This document shows positions 50,577 through 64,000 of a stretch of 64,000 nt of DNA, piece by piece. This stretch comes from Chrysomallon squamiferum. Lineage: Eukaryota > Animalia > Mollusca. The notes under the pieces were generated by a model. The model searched no databases. It saw only the letters and a program-made list of their open reading frames with translations, and had not been told where the DNA came from. The DNA lies in the NCBI GenBank assembly GCA_012295275.1, contig CM022678.1, positions 5,518,001 through 5,582,000 of the forward strand. The letters run 5' to 3'. The translations under genes were made by a program, and so were the position numbers. How positions within the stretch are numbered: the first letter of the stretch is position 1; every line of letters begins with the position of its first letter.

Positions 50577-53500
50577 TTTGCGTAACTTTATGTGAATATC
50601 TGTTTGGACCTGTCCCACTTTCTGTATTGAGCATGGTCAAATTATTATGGGTGTCGGATGTATTGGTACATTGTTCTTGTATTTGACGTCACCGGTTTTG
50701 CTAAACGGATTAAGTGACGATATTTGAGATTGGAGATTGTGATATTATCGTCTTCTGTTGCAAATATAAATTTTAAAGAAGAAACAAATGTGGGAGATGA
50801 ATATGCTTTGATGGTGTACGATCAGCGGGAAGGTTTACATACACACATTTTCTTGCTGCTATTCGATGACAGGGTTGCTGTTTACCCTCTCGTGTTAATT
50901 TTAGAACAATAAGTGAGAATCTTAATAAAATTGATCAGATTATTTGATATATGTTTACTCTGTTACCTCTTTTTTACCACCTAAATATCTTTATTCTTCT
51001 TCTTCTGTTATTATTATTAATATTATTGCTCTTATTATGGTAGTTGTTGATGTTCTGTTAACTTTATTGCTGTTATTACATTACAGACACTAAGTACTGC
51101 GAGGATTTATAGCTCTATTCCCATACTTTATTATTATAAAAAGATTGATATATATAAACTATGTTAGGGCAGTGTTAATGTTTGATTATATTTTTGTTTT
51201 GTTTTTCTTCATTTTCTTTCTCTTTTCTTTCCATTTGTCTTATTTTCTTTCTTTTTTTATTCATCTTCCTTTTTGATTGTTTTCTTCTTCTTTTGCATCA
51301 TCTTTTTCCTTTTTCTCTTTTTGATATATATTTTTTTTTATTTGCATTTTGCTTCTGTTTTTCTTCTCCTTCTTCATCTTTCTTAATATTTCTGCTAAAT
51401 AAAGACTCTAACAGCTATACAATGGGAAATCGTATCTCCAACAATACTATATTGGGGGAAAATATCCTATATTAAATGCTTTTCGACATCATCTGCCTAA
51501 ATTACTAAATCATTTATTTGTTGTTTTTTTCGTCTGTGTTGTTGCTAATAGGAAACGCTTGTGAAACTAAGGAAGACGCTAAACCAGTAAAGGACCCGAG
51601 AAGCGACTTAATCGATGCTGATTTAAAATTTTAACACACAGCTGAGATGTGGATACATTTTATTAAAAGATTTACGGTAATCCTTCATCAAACAAGCCGA
51701 CTGAAGAAGATGACAGAGATTAATCAGATCTTCTTCTTGTTGCTGTTTGCTGCTTTGCGAAAATTCCGGGACCCCAAAAATGTTAGTTACCCCCGCTGCA
51801 TAGAGTAATTAAGGAAAACAAATATTAACATAATCTAATCAAATATAGATAATTAAAGCGGTAAAATCTAAAACAAGACAAACAAACAAATTCCAAACAT
51901 TCGTCGGTGCGTACTCGCTGTTTCTCTGTTGTCTTTTCGTTTTTATTAAAACTGACGGAACTCGGTGACATCACCGTATAAATGGGTAACTGGTTATGAA
52001 ATGTCTTACTTGTAATTTATTCCTTTCTCTCACAGTAATTTACGAAGCTTCTGACATTTGTATTGTTGTGGGTTTCATAGATCTGATTGCGATCTTGTGA
52101 GGAGATTTTTAAGCAGTGTTTTCTCAACCGAAGCAGGTCTGCATTTTATTAAGTGTAATTCGAGTGCATCACACTTTATGGTATAATTATGTTTCTAGTG
52201 TTACTTGAATGTACTATATTTAACACTATTATAATATGACTGCTGATGCACTTCAAACTCGAGGTCAGCTTGACATTTAGTGACACAGAGAACGTGACCT
52301 TTCGCTCGTAAATTATATTTTTGTTTTGTTTTTGTCTTTCAAAATCATGGTATTGCGGGGATATCGAGTGAGACCGAGAGAAAATAAAGGAAGAAAGTAA
52401 GAAACATAAGAACTAGTTTATTAATGAACAAACAAAAGAAAGAAACAAAAATATAGACAAGAAAATTAACTCCATATTTTATTAGTTTTTTTCATTCTCC
52501 GTTCAGACACAAGCAGACCCACTATACTATAAATAAATAAATAAATAAATATATAAATAAATAAAGGGAACAACAACATAACAAACAAACAAATAAAACT
52601 AACAATTTACTTTCTCACATTGGTTTCATATTATTTACATATGTGTTTTGATACGTTTTTGACATTCATTTAATCAGTTTGAGTTGTCTATGTAATGTTA
52701 GTATTTATTAGTAGTAATGGTACTACCAGTAATAGTAGTAGTAATAAACTAATAAGAATATCCTTTTATAATACAGCACTTTGAGAATTTTGTCAAATTT
52801 TTATTGTGTCTAACCAACAAAATAAATTTAGTAAATGAATCTACTCTACAGTGAAGGCTAAAATATACTCAAGTCCGATGATTATATTGATATATGTTGA
52901 TATATTCATTAAACATAAACGACAAAAAAGATGGTTACATAAACATGCACATAGTTTTCACGCTAGAATTCTTTCTCCAGACACATTAGGATGAAGTGAG
53001 GTTTTGTAAATGTGAAATTAGACAATACGACAGAGCCAAGCGATTGTGACAAATAAAAAAAAATTAAGCATCCACAGGTAAACCTCGATATGTTGTTTCT
53101 AATAAAACAGGACCTTTAACTAAATACTTTGTGCACATGATTAAATTATTGATCAAAAGTTTTAATTCTCATGTTTGTTGCTTTCTCCAAGTGTCGGAAC
53201 GTCTAATTAAGTCGGTTTATGAATTGCACTATTTACTGTACACGTGATTGTGGAGAGACATTTTATCATGTCCTTCCCAGTTAATTTCATTCGTATACAA
53301 GTTTTAAAGCACTGTGCTTAGTGTCAAACCATAAACAGTTTTTATAAACCTGTATACAAGTTAAATAAACTGAGACGGGCATACTGATTGACAGAACATA
53401 ATTATAATTTACAAACCTACGTAACCAGAAGCTAGAGACTCGATAAAGCAGGCTGCAAGTAATTGTAAACAAACATAAGAATAAAACTTTTGTTAAACTT

Positions 53501-53709
53501 TACCTCGCATCATATCTGATATAGGATAAATGATTATCGTGTTAATGATTATAAATGATTAAATGTATTTAAAAAAATAAATAATAAAATAAAATAAATA
53601 AAAAAGAAAGTAGGAATGCTACGGAGACTCTTCTTAGTTCGGGCAGTGTCTGTATTTATTGAATATGAAAACATTTAATGATTTTTCTAATTGAATAGAA
53701 TCATTCTGT

Positions 53710-54252
53710 TCAGGCTGTTTTCCTCCAAAGTACGTCATGCGGCCAATTCATTATATCTTCCGGTTTCAGCTGTTTTTTGGGTGACAGAGAATCAAAAGGA
53801 ACATAGTTCATTTTCATCATATCTTCGATAATCTTTTCACCTTCTTTGTTCCTGTGTAGAACCCATTCCATCAGAATCCCTCGCACGTCGATTTCGGAGA
53901 AGAATTTCTTTCCTCCTCTGACTGCTTGATGCTCAAAACCTTCAACGTCCATTTTTATGAAAGCTTTCTTGAACATGACAAAAGTGAGCACGTCATCCAA
54001 CGTTGCCGTCTGAAACGACAGAGATTCCCTGCACAACGACGACGACGTAGATGCGTTCGGTGAAGACTTGCGATTAGGAAAGGCACAGGATTGTGGATTT
54101 GTGAATGAAAGAATTCCGTGTCCGTCTGAAATAGGATTGAGAATAAGTTTGACGTTGTTGGTTAAACCGCCACGTTCAACAGACTTGCAGAGTCGTTGAA
54201 GATTGTCAGGCAAAACTTCCATTGCAACTACCTTCCTACCAGACTTCGCCAC
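53710..54252 (-). pseudogene. FkbM-family methyltransferase copy E, 5'-truncated (lacks the anchor and SAM-binding motif I)
   Basis: Homology to paralogs starts abruptly at VAKSGRKV (54252); upstream sequence is unrelated and there is no AG acceptor at the junction. Confidence 0.85.
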
Positions 54253-54962
54253 AACAACAAAAAGCACAAAATTATCAGGCCAAGTAACGTAGAGACAGAT
54301 CTCACTAAAGAGGAAATGTAAATCTAAATGGAACATTAAATTTATTGCGCGTGTGCTACATTTCCTTTTGTTGTCACTCCCTCAGCAAAACATAAAAACA
54401 ACAATGTGACACAAATAAAATATGCTAACGGTCTTCTCCGATAAACTACCAATAAACGTTTACGCTGGTCGTCACGTGATAAATTCGCCAGCGCTCGACA
54501 ACGAGCTGTTACGGAGATCACCGATTGCTGGCGTTTATTAAAGTGTGCTTTTAATTGGCTGACGGCGATTGCGCCATGTCCCTGTCACATCCAATCAGAT
54601 CTGCAAACACACTGCGACCTTTGAAGACACGTGCAATGATTCACTGGAAGCTCGCGACATGGAATTCTTGAAAGGCTCACCGCGTATTTAATTGTTGGGG
54701 AATTTCTGTCAGCCGTCAAGGACAGGTGTTGCCATGCCGCTGTTTGACAAACGAGCAGGAGGTTGTAGTGTTGGGGTAATTCGATAGCCAAAGACGATGT
54801 CGTAAAGAATTTATTTTCGCAATCAACTCAAAGAGACTTGAAGGGATGTTAATATTAGAGTTGCGGGAATGTTGTAAAGTTATTATCTGCCTGTCTGTCT
54901 GTCTGTCTGCGTGTGTGTTTGTCTATGCCTTTATTTTATTTTATTCTGTAGCTTTATCTTTT

Positions 54963-55071
<109 letters not shown>

Positions 55072-55883
55072 CTACTCATATCATTATTGTCCCTTTCTCT
55101 ATCGTTCGTTCAGTCTATTTAAGCAGAGAGATGTACATCGATTCACTCCGATACAGTAACACATTTGACCTTCAGAGTAAATCAAACGTGAAAAGAGACA
55201 CAGAGAGCTTGCTTTTTATTCTCTCTGACATTGTATAGAAATTCACGAACTGCGTCCCTTTAACTCGGCCATTTGACTCTTAATGTTCTGAACGTGTGCC
55301 ACATGACTGATTTTTCTTCATAATTTAATCAACCTACACTGTCGCTGTTTGGCATACCGTGTATACCGGCAATACATCACAATGAAGACATTAATATATA
55401 TATATATATATATATTAATATTCTTTATTTAATTTTTTTTATTATATATATATATATATAATAAAAAAGAATAAAGAATAAAAATGTAAAGAAATAAAGA
55501 AAGAAATAAAATTAAGAAAAACGCTGAATAAAACAGAATAAGAGGTCTAAAAAGAAATGTAGATCGCTAAACAAACGCTGAACACTTGTTATCGTTCACC
55601 ACATCTGAGTGTGTCTAATGTAAAGTGATGGACTCAGGCGAACACAGATAACGTCAGCTCCACTCTACACAGACACACGTCGCCACAGCAGAACGGTGGA
55701 AAAGAATTAATCTGGTTTTGCAATCACGAAATTCTACCATGATGAAGTAGAGCCTTTGCATTGTACTCTGGTGTAGGTTCAAAGTAGCTGCTTTTGTTTG
55801 TAAGGTATATACACAGAGAGGTAGAGAAAGTGATATGTGTGTATGTGTATATATATATATTTATATATATATAAAACAAATAC

Positions 55884-55993
<110 letters not shown>

Positions 55994-56525
55994 GTTTAGT
56001 TTTTTGTCTTTCAAAATTATGGTGGTGCGGGGACACTGAGTGAGAAAGAAAGAAAAGACGAAAGAAAGTAAGAAACATAAGAACTAGTTTATTAATGAAC
56101 AAACAAAAGAAACAAAAAACAAATAAACAAGAAAATAAACATAAGCGATTTATTAGCTTTTTATTCTCCGTTGGGACACATTAGATTATTAAGCAAGAAA
56201 TAAAGAAACAAATAATCAAATAAATAAAATTAAAAAAAATAAACCAACAGCAACATAATAAACAAACAAATAAAATTACCAATTTTCTTTCTCACATTGG
56301 TTTCTTATTATTTACGAATGTATTTTCATAAGTTTATGACACTAATTTTATCAATTTGAGATGCATATGTAATGATATTATATTAGTAGTAATGGTAGTA
56401 GCAGTAATAGTAGTAATAATAACAATAATAATAATGGTAGTAACAGCACTAGTAAATTAATAAGAACATCCTATCTTAATATGAAAACATATAATGATTT
56501 TTCTTACTAAAGAGAATCATCATGT

Positions 56526-57524
56526 TCAGGCTGTTTTCCTCCAAAGTACGTCATGCGGCCATTTCATTATATCTTCGGGTTTCAACTTTTTTTTAGGTGA
56601 CAGAGAATCAAAAGGAACGTAGTTCATTTTCATCATCTCTTCGATAAACTTTTTACCTTCTTTGTTCTTGTGCATAAACCATTCCATCAGAATCCCTCGC
56701 ACGTCGATTTCGGAGAAGAATTTCTTTCCTCCTCTGACTACTTGAAGCTCAAAACCTTCAACGTCCATTTTTATGAAAGCTTTCTTGAATGCGACAAAAG
56801 TGAGCACGTCATCCAACGTTGTCGAATGAAACGACATAGATTCCTTGCACAACGACGACAACGTAGATGCGTTCGGTGAAGCCTTGCGATTAGGAAAGGC
56901 ACAGGATTGTGGATTTGTGAATGAAAGAATTCCGTGTCCGTCTGAAATAGGATTGAGAATAAGTTTGACGTTGTTGGTTAAACCGCCACGTTCAACAGAC
57001 TTGCAGAGTCGTTGATGATTGTCAGGCAAAACTTCTATTGCAACTACCTTCCTACCAGACTTCGCCACGTGGAGAGTGAAAAGTCCAATGTGAGAGCCGA
57101 TATCAAGAAATCCCATACTGGGATCTGCTTTCATTTCATCCAGTACAAGATTTATATGTTCGGGTTCCCACGGCTGTTTGTTAAGCAGCCTTTTCGATAG
57201 CCAGTTGTCTTTCTGTGGATTGTGAACAAATATTGGAGTTTCTCCAGCGTTAGTTTTTAACATGACACACAGAGGAAGATCTGCCCATTTACAAAAGTTT
57301 ATTTCCATTTTCCAGCCCAGTCCGTCCCATCTGTAGACCGGAGTTTGTCCTGGTGGAAATGTGACAGGTAGATTCAGCCTTTCGGAACTTGTGACTTCAT
57401 TTGGCAAAATTTTCATAATAATGTTTGTTTTACGAAATAAGATTTTTTGTACGAGCAGCGTTGCCATAACAACCAGGCATAGTTTTACGACTCCAGAAAA
57501 GAACTGCTTCGTATTATTCGCCAT
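56526..57524 (-). CDS. FkbM-family methyltransferase copy F (332 aa)
   Basis: Intact ORF, same motifs, acceptor tttttgcag 10 nt before the ATG. Confidence 0.92.
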   Translation of the reverse strand: MANNTKQFFSGVVKLCLVVMATLLVQKILFRKTNIIMKILPNEVTSSERLNLPVTFPPGQTPVYRWDGLGWKMEINFCKWADLPLCVMLKTNAGETPIFVHNPQKDNWLSKRLLNKQPWEPEHINLVLDEMKADPSMGFLDIGSHIGLFTLHVAKSGRKVVAIEVLPDNHQRLCKSVERGGLTNNVKLILNPISDGHGILSFTNPQSCAFPNRKASPNASTLSSLCKESMSFHSTTLDDVLTFVAFKKAFIKMDVEGFELQVVRGGKKFFSEIDVRGILMEWFMHKNKEGKKFIEEMMKMNYVPFDSLSPKKKLKPEDIMKWPHDVLWRKTA

Positions 57525-57591
57525 TTTTCAGCGTCTGCAAAAAATAATAATAATAATAATTACGATGATGATGATGATGATAATAATAATA

Positions 57592-57649
<58 letters not shown>

Positions 57650-57895
57650 CAACAACAACAACAACAACAACAAAAAAATACAATAACTTATAACTGCAAT
57701 AACAGGAATAACAATAACAATAGCAATAATTATACTAACAATAACAACAACAATCACAATCAAAGCAACAACAACACCAAGAATAATGGTTATTAGCAAT
57801 GGTTGATGCTAACGAAGTTGGTGACCTTACGTTGTGGTTTAGCACTAACAGCTGTTCAAGTCGATGCTGATGTCGGTGTTGAGCTTGTGTCTTAA

Positions 57896-58556
57896 CGGTG
57901 TCTTCCGATCTGGTAGAATTCCCAATTCGTAGAATTCCCATTTCGTAGAAAAAGCTCGTCTACCGCAATACCTGATTACCTGTGTATATAATGAACTTGG
58001 CCTGTGCATACATCTGGTTTCTTTCTAATATTCAGATGCGGAGCGCATTGTTCCTAAATCGATTATCTAACATCATCCGAAAGCAGAATAAGCATTCACA
58101 ACTCATTTGTTGTAGATTTTTTACTTTTTCATTATTATCATCATCATCTTCCTCCTCCTCATTATCATCATCATCAACATTATTATTATTATAATATTAT
58201 TACTATTATTATTGTTGTTGTTGTTATTATTATTATTTGTATTCTTCTTATTCTTATTCGTATTATTCTTATTCTTATTCTTATTCTTCTTCTTCTTCTT
58301 CTTCTTATTATTATTATTATTATTATTAATAAGCTGGTCATTTCTGATTCATAAACATTTCCTTTCCGTTACAAAACAACCGACCAATAATAAACAATTT
58401 TACATCAGTTTCATCTATCTATTAAAAAGAGAAGAAAAGAAAAGAAAAGGAAAGAAAAAAGCGGCACGATGTGTTATTTGTTAATTCTCATGCTTTGCTT
58501 CTGTAAAAGAAAACGACAAAAATATTATTATTAATAACTAATTTTATTCAACAATA

Positions 58557-58596
<40 letters not shown>

Positions 58597-59795
58597 ATTT
58601 TATATACGAGTAATTCACTTATATTCAGTAAATAGAATATGTGAACGTTACATTTATCATTAACTATTCGAATTAAACCATATTCAGCTTAAACATATTC
58701 AAGATATATGTTACTGAGCATATTTCCGTTATGCACACACACATATTCAAATTGTGCACATGTTATACAATATATGTGACATAGTATACTAATAGTATGT
58801 ACACTAAAGTTATTATGACCTGCAAATACTTTGGCTGTGACTGAAAAGGTTTATACGAAGGACCAAATCATTGGGAATACTTTTAGATGAATACCTTCTT
58901 TTTTAATTATTTACATTCACTACAGTCGATACATGGATTATTTCGATATTTGTCATATTTGCATACTTTATGCGATAAGCGATATCCATACTACAATAAT
59001 ACCTTAGATTAAAGATGTAATTGGTTCCAAATTTCCGATAGTGAAGTGAGGTATCGTTAAGCGGGAGACTAATTTACATAGAATTAAGGTTAAAAGCAGT
59101 GGTTACTTTCTCACTGATGAAATTTGACAAAAAAAAAGAGGTGAAATAAAGAGGAATAAAACGGCAGTTTAGACATAAATGATTTAATAGATTATGGATA
59201 TTAAGTAAACAGTAAATCATTTACAAATCAATTTATACAAATACATTAAGAAATAATTATATGCCGCTCATTGTGGGTTCAATTTTGTGGGTTTTGGTTT
59301 CATTTAAGATAATGTATTTTGTTTCTAAAGTTATTGTCTTCCGTTTCTTTTCATCATCAGCATTTGCCGGTATACTGTTATTCGTTTTGACATATTGGAA
59401 GAGTAAATTACGAAGGAGTTTAAGTCTAAATCGAAGCTGAAGAGAAAAGAGAATCAGAATACCAGACTGGCGCGTCAGCTGAACAACACAGCTGAGAGAA
59501 GCTCGTGAATGAACGAAAAACGGACTTAAAAACACGCATTGTATCCATTTGTATCATTTATTTCGAGCCATTAACTATTAAATTTCTATTTATACAATTT
59601 GTAAAGAAAAAAGATCGTTAAAGCGGGATATCGTTAAGCGAGATGTTACTGTATTCATACACTAATAATCGCTTTCCAGATAATCTGCAACAGTTCATTG
59701 TAATGACTGAGGTAAAGACATGCGTGTCAATAAAAGCACTGAACCACATTTAGCCTTTCGACGAACTGGGAATTCTACCAGATGGGATTAAGCCG
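57896..59795. mobile_element. 1.9 kb non-autonomous DNA transposon inserted upstream of copy F
   Basis: CGG...CCG termini, inverted repeat atctggtagaattccca(a/g)ttcgt, flanked by a TCTTAA direct repeat (57890-57895 and 59796-59801). Confidence 0.75.
58923..59651. mobile_element. Possible Tc1/pogo-type MITE nested inside the 1.9 kb element
   Basis: TA|CAGT ... ACTG|TA ends with repeated cgttaagcg subterminal motifs; TIR match is weak. Confidence 0.35.
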
Positions 59796-60023
59796 TCTTA
59801 ACAGTCAGTCGTAGATGGTAATGTAGATGAAGATTGTGGTGTTGAGGTTCTGTGTTAACAGTGATAGAAATTAACGTAGATGAGGATGTTGTTTTTTAAA
59901 AGTGATAGATATAAATGTAAGTGATGATGCTGAGGTGGTATGGTAGATGTTGCTGCAGTCTGTGTGATTGTGATATTAGTACGGCCGTGTTTATGATCCC
60001 TGAGCTCAAATAATGTGGTGTGT

Positions 60024-60057
<34 letters not shown>

Positions 60058-60337
60058 TATCGTACTGCTGAAAGACAGATCAAAATCCCCATACTTTACA
60101 ATCGGTAGTCAATACATATTTTTTATGTGTTTTATTGAAACATTTGTTGCATATTTTACTATTAAACTGTGAACAAAAATGTCTGTTTCGAAGAAATATC
60201 GTTATAATATAATGCAGTAGGTATTTATATTTCATCAAAGTGTTTGATAAATTGCTTAGACAGAGAGAGACAGTTTAACATAGAATTATATAGCGAAATG
60301 TGTTGGCAACAAATGACAAAAATTGTAAATAATAATC

Positions 60338-60415
<78 letters not shown>

Positions 60416-61009
60416 TAATTAATTAATTAATTAATTAAATAATAAAATAAATAAATATATATATATATATATAAACATTGAGCTTGGTGCTTTTGTATCT
60501 CTGCGAAAACAATCTGAACAAACCAAGATAAATTTCCTTCTTCTTCTTCTTCTTCTTAGTATTATTATTATTACTGTTATTATTATTAATGTCATTATTA
60601 TCATTAGTATTGCTATTATTATTATCATTATTACTGCTATTATTATTATTTTTATTATTATTATTATTATCATTATTATTATTATTATTACTACGATCAT
60701 TATTATCACTATTATTGCTATTATTATTATAATTAGTACTTCTGTTATTATTATTATTATTATTATTATTATAATTACTACTTCTGTTATTATTATTATT
60801 ATTATTACTACTACTATCATTATTATCACTATTATTGTGGTTATTATTATAATTACTATTTCTGTTATTATTATTATTATTATTATTATCATCATTATTA
60901 TTGCTATTATTATTATAATTACTACTTCTGTTATTATTATTATTGTTATTATTATTACTACTATCATTATTATCACTATTATTTCTATTATTATTATAAT
61001 TACTACTTC

Positions 61010-61061
<52 letters not shown>

Positions 61062-61147
61062 ATTATTGCTATTACTAATACTGCTATCATTTTTATTTTT
61101 ATTACTATTATTATCATTATTGTTATTACTACTACTACTACTACAAC

Positions 61148-61192
<45 letters not shown>

Positions 61193-62005
61193 TGTAGTAA
61201 TAGAATAAGAAAAAGCAATTTAAAATAGTGGTACAGTTATATAAGGACAATGCTCAGCTCAGTAAACTATGTATTCCCATGTCTGTTTGACGTAAAATTG
61301 TCTAGGCTTACTTTATATTTGACAAGCGGCAGAATAATCAGGTATTTTCATGTTTCTGTACTAAGGTAAATGATACTTCAATACCATCGTTACAACTGCA
61401 TGCCTAGCGGTTTGCCACGCTATGGTGAACAGATTTCATCATCACATATAAAGTATAATGCGTCTCTTGTTAAGTCAATGATTCTAACACTAACACTACT
61501 GATACTACTACTATTACTACTACTACTACTACTACTACTAATAATAATAATAATACAGTGATCATGATGATGGTGATGATGATTATAATAATCATAATAA
61601 TAATAATAATTTCAATATGATGATGATGACAATAGTAGTATTACTATCAGTAGTGGAAATGGCATTTACAACAGTAGCTGTTGCTGTAACAGTATTAGCG
61701 GTAGAAGTGCTGTATATCGATATTAATATTAGTACAAGTAACGGTAGTAGTAGCAGTAGTAGTAGTATTGCAGTAGTACTATGTAGTTGTAGTAACAGTA
61801 TCAGTTTTAGCGATGTTCAAAGACTTCATGCAAGTTTGAGACAAAGATAAATGTTCAGCTTTGTAGGTAAGCTATGAATATAACATAGTTAATATGTACA
61901 TATCTGTATATTTGTATATAAATCTATACCTATATAAATTAAAATAATAAAAACATCAAAACAATAATGATTGCAAAATAACAAGAACAAAAAAAATAAT
62001 AATAA

Positions 62006-62036
<31 letters not shown>

Positions 62037-62865
62037 AAAGAAGAAGAAGAAGAAAAAGAATGTTAAAGACAAAACATCGCACACTTAGTCTTGCTAAAAT
62101 ATCTAAACTGTAATAAATTAATACATTTTAATCATGTAGTTTAAAATAAAATCGCAGTGAAGCTGTAATTAATTTTGTTTGTGTTATTATACTAATATTG
62201 GGTGTACTAATATCACCAACAGCATCAACAGTGATAGAAAAAGTAAAGATATTAGTAATAATAACTGTAGTAATAGAAGTTCAGAAACAAGAGGCAACAG
62301 TAAATAAGTATGATGGTAAGTATAACTTACGTTCTCGTTGTTGTTGTTGTTGTAGTTGTTGTTTGTTGTTTGTTTCTTCCAAAATGAATTTTCGATGTAA
62401 TGTTCGATATATCAGCTAAAACGTCTCCAACCCAGTTTTTACATCGAAGATCTTCAGCTCACCCGGATGTGGTATCACGTAACATTTGCTCCACCTCTTT
62501 TTTTTTAAAACGATATACATGAATAGCCAGTGATTATTACCTTCTTCTTTTTTTCTTTTTTTTTTGTTACTGCTCAGTAGCAAGGAGCGTAAATAAAACT
62601 TGCAAAGTGTTCGATTTACTGGTTCGGACTTCGTAAACATTTAGTTGTTGTGAAATTAGATTTGTCTGTGTGAAACATTTTTATCAGCAGAAACAAACTC
62701 ATACACACAAACTTCTAAACTGTGGTGCATGCGAGTATGTACATGTATGCTTATTTTATTCATATAACAGATCTGTTTCATCTTGTTGTGTATATAGTTT
62801 GGTTGCGACTAACAAGTATGTTTATAAGCAATGACTTCTTTTTCAAAAGTGATAAAATCATACTA

Positions 62866-62896
<31 letters not shown>

Positions 62897-62914
62897 TAGT
62901 CCACGAACAGATAG

Positions 62915-64000
62915 AATTAAATTTCTACTAGTCATGTACATTTCAAAATGAGATTAGTCCATCAAAAATTCCAAAACTTTTCTTGATTGTACTGAACTGT
63001 TTATGAAAGTAAATATTGGTAATTACACAGATGTGTGTGAATAATTTTAAACATAACAAAACAATCACATTTGCATTTTTCTAGACAATTTTATTCAGTT
63101 ACACCAATTTCCTGAGATATCGGAAGAAAACATCAGACCGCCATCTCTAAAATGTTTAAACCTGTTTCTTTCTTTTGTTCCTGTTACCTATCGTTCATAC
63201 ACGTACTTAGAATAAGTTTGTCTATATTAAACAAATAAAGAACAAAATAAATAAATAAATAAATAAAAAAATAAAAATAAATAAACGAAACCAACCAACC
63301 AAGCAGACAAACAATTAATTAATTATTCAGTTAGGTTACCGTCTTAATTTTTTTTTTCTCCTTCACTTTTTATTCTTCACTAACCTACAATCCTTCGTAT
63401 CGAAGTCAGCTTAACATTTAAAAGTTTTCCCTCTCAACACAGCAGGGGGTCGTCGCGGAAGATATCAGTTTACTGTAGTCTTTATTCTTTTTATCTTTAT
63501 TACACATAGCTTTATGTGAATATCTCTTTTCCTCTGTCCCACGTTCTCTGTCGAGCATGATTAAAATGTTGTGGGTGTTGGGACTGTGGTGTGTTGTTGG
63601 TGTTGTCGTTGTTGTCACTGGTTTTACAAGTCTAAGCAACGATATTCGAGATTGTGATATTGTGGTCTTCTGTTGCAAATATGAATTTTGAAGGAGAAGC
63701 AAATGCGGCAGATGAATTTGCTTTAATGCACGTATTTCCCGATCCAGCTTTATGTGTTATGATTTACCATCAGCGGGAAGGTTTACATACACAAATTTTC
63801 TTGCTGCAATTCGATGAGAGGGTTGCTGTTTATCCTCTTGTGTTAATATTAGAACAATAAGAAAGAATGCTGATAAAATTGATGAGTTTATTAAATATAT
63901 GCCTATTCTGTTACTTCATTTTCCCCCTAAATCTCTTTTTTCTTCTTCTTCTGTTATTATTATTAATAATATTACTCTTATTATTGTTGTTGTTGTTGTT
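62915..64000 (-). repeat. Further copy of methyltransferase-cluster upstream flank modules
   Basis: 63155-63420 matches 50158-50460; 63460-64000 is an inverted copy of ~41100-41635; no CDS accompanies it in the window. Confidence 0.8.

Noticed and set aside
60431-61250. Long poly-Asn and poly-Ile ORFs
   Set aside because: Higher-order (ATT)n microsatellite; no coding signal

Overview
AT-rich, microsatellite-laden animal genomic DNA with GT-AG spliced genes (invertebrate; a mollusc or other lophotrochozoan is my tentative guess). No prokaryotic features or CRISPR arrays. (1) 1-23414, minus strand: the 5' ~1330 codons (30 coding exons, all phase-consistent) of the HECT E3 ligase UBR5/hyd, running off the left edge. 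(2) 25.6-26.6 kb, plus strand: a cryptic, damaged four-exon model for a small four-CxxC (FYVE/PHD-like) zinc-finger protein that the ORF track misses. (3) 27513-35573, plus strand: a four-exon ~467 aa RING-FN3-SPRY(B30.2-like) gene, TRIM-like but with no B-box or coiled-coil found. (4) 37.0-57.5 kb: six near-identical FkbM-family (Methyltransf_21) SAM-dependent methyltransferase genes with single-exon CDS and an N-terminal membrane anchor. Three point right and three point left, forming a mosaic palindrome with four intact copies, one 3'-frameshifted copy and one 5'-truncated chimera. Sequence variants are shuffled between copies in blocks. Several MITE-like DNA transposons and intron-specific minisatellites are also present. 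Domain and family calls are from motif recognition by eye; no searches were run.
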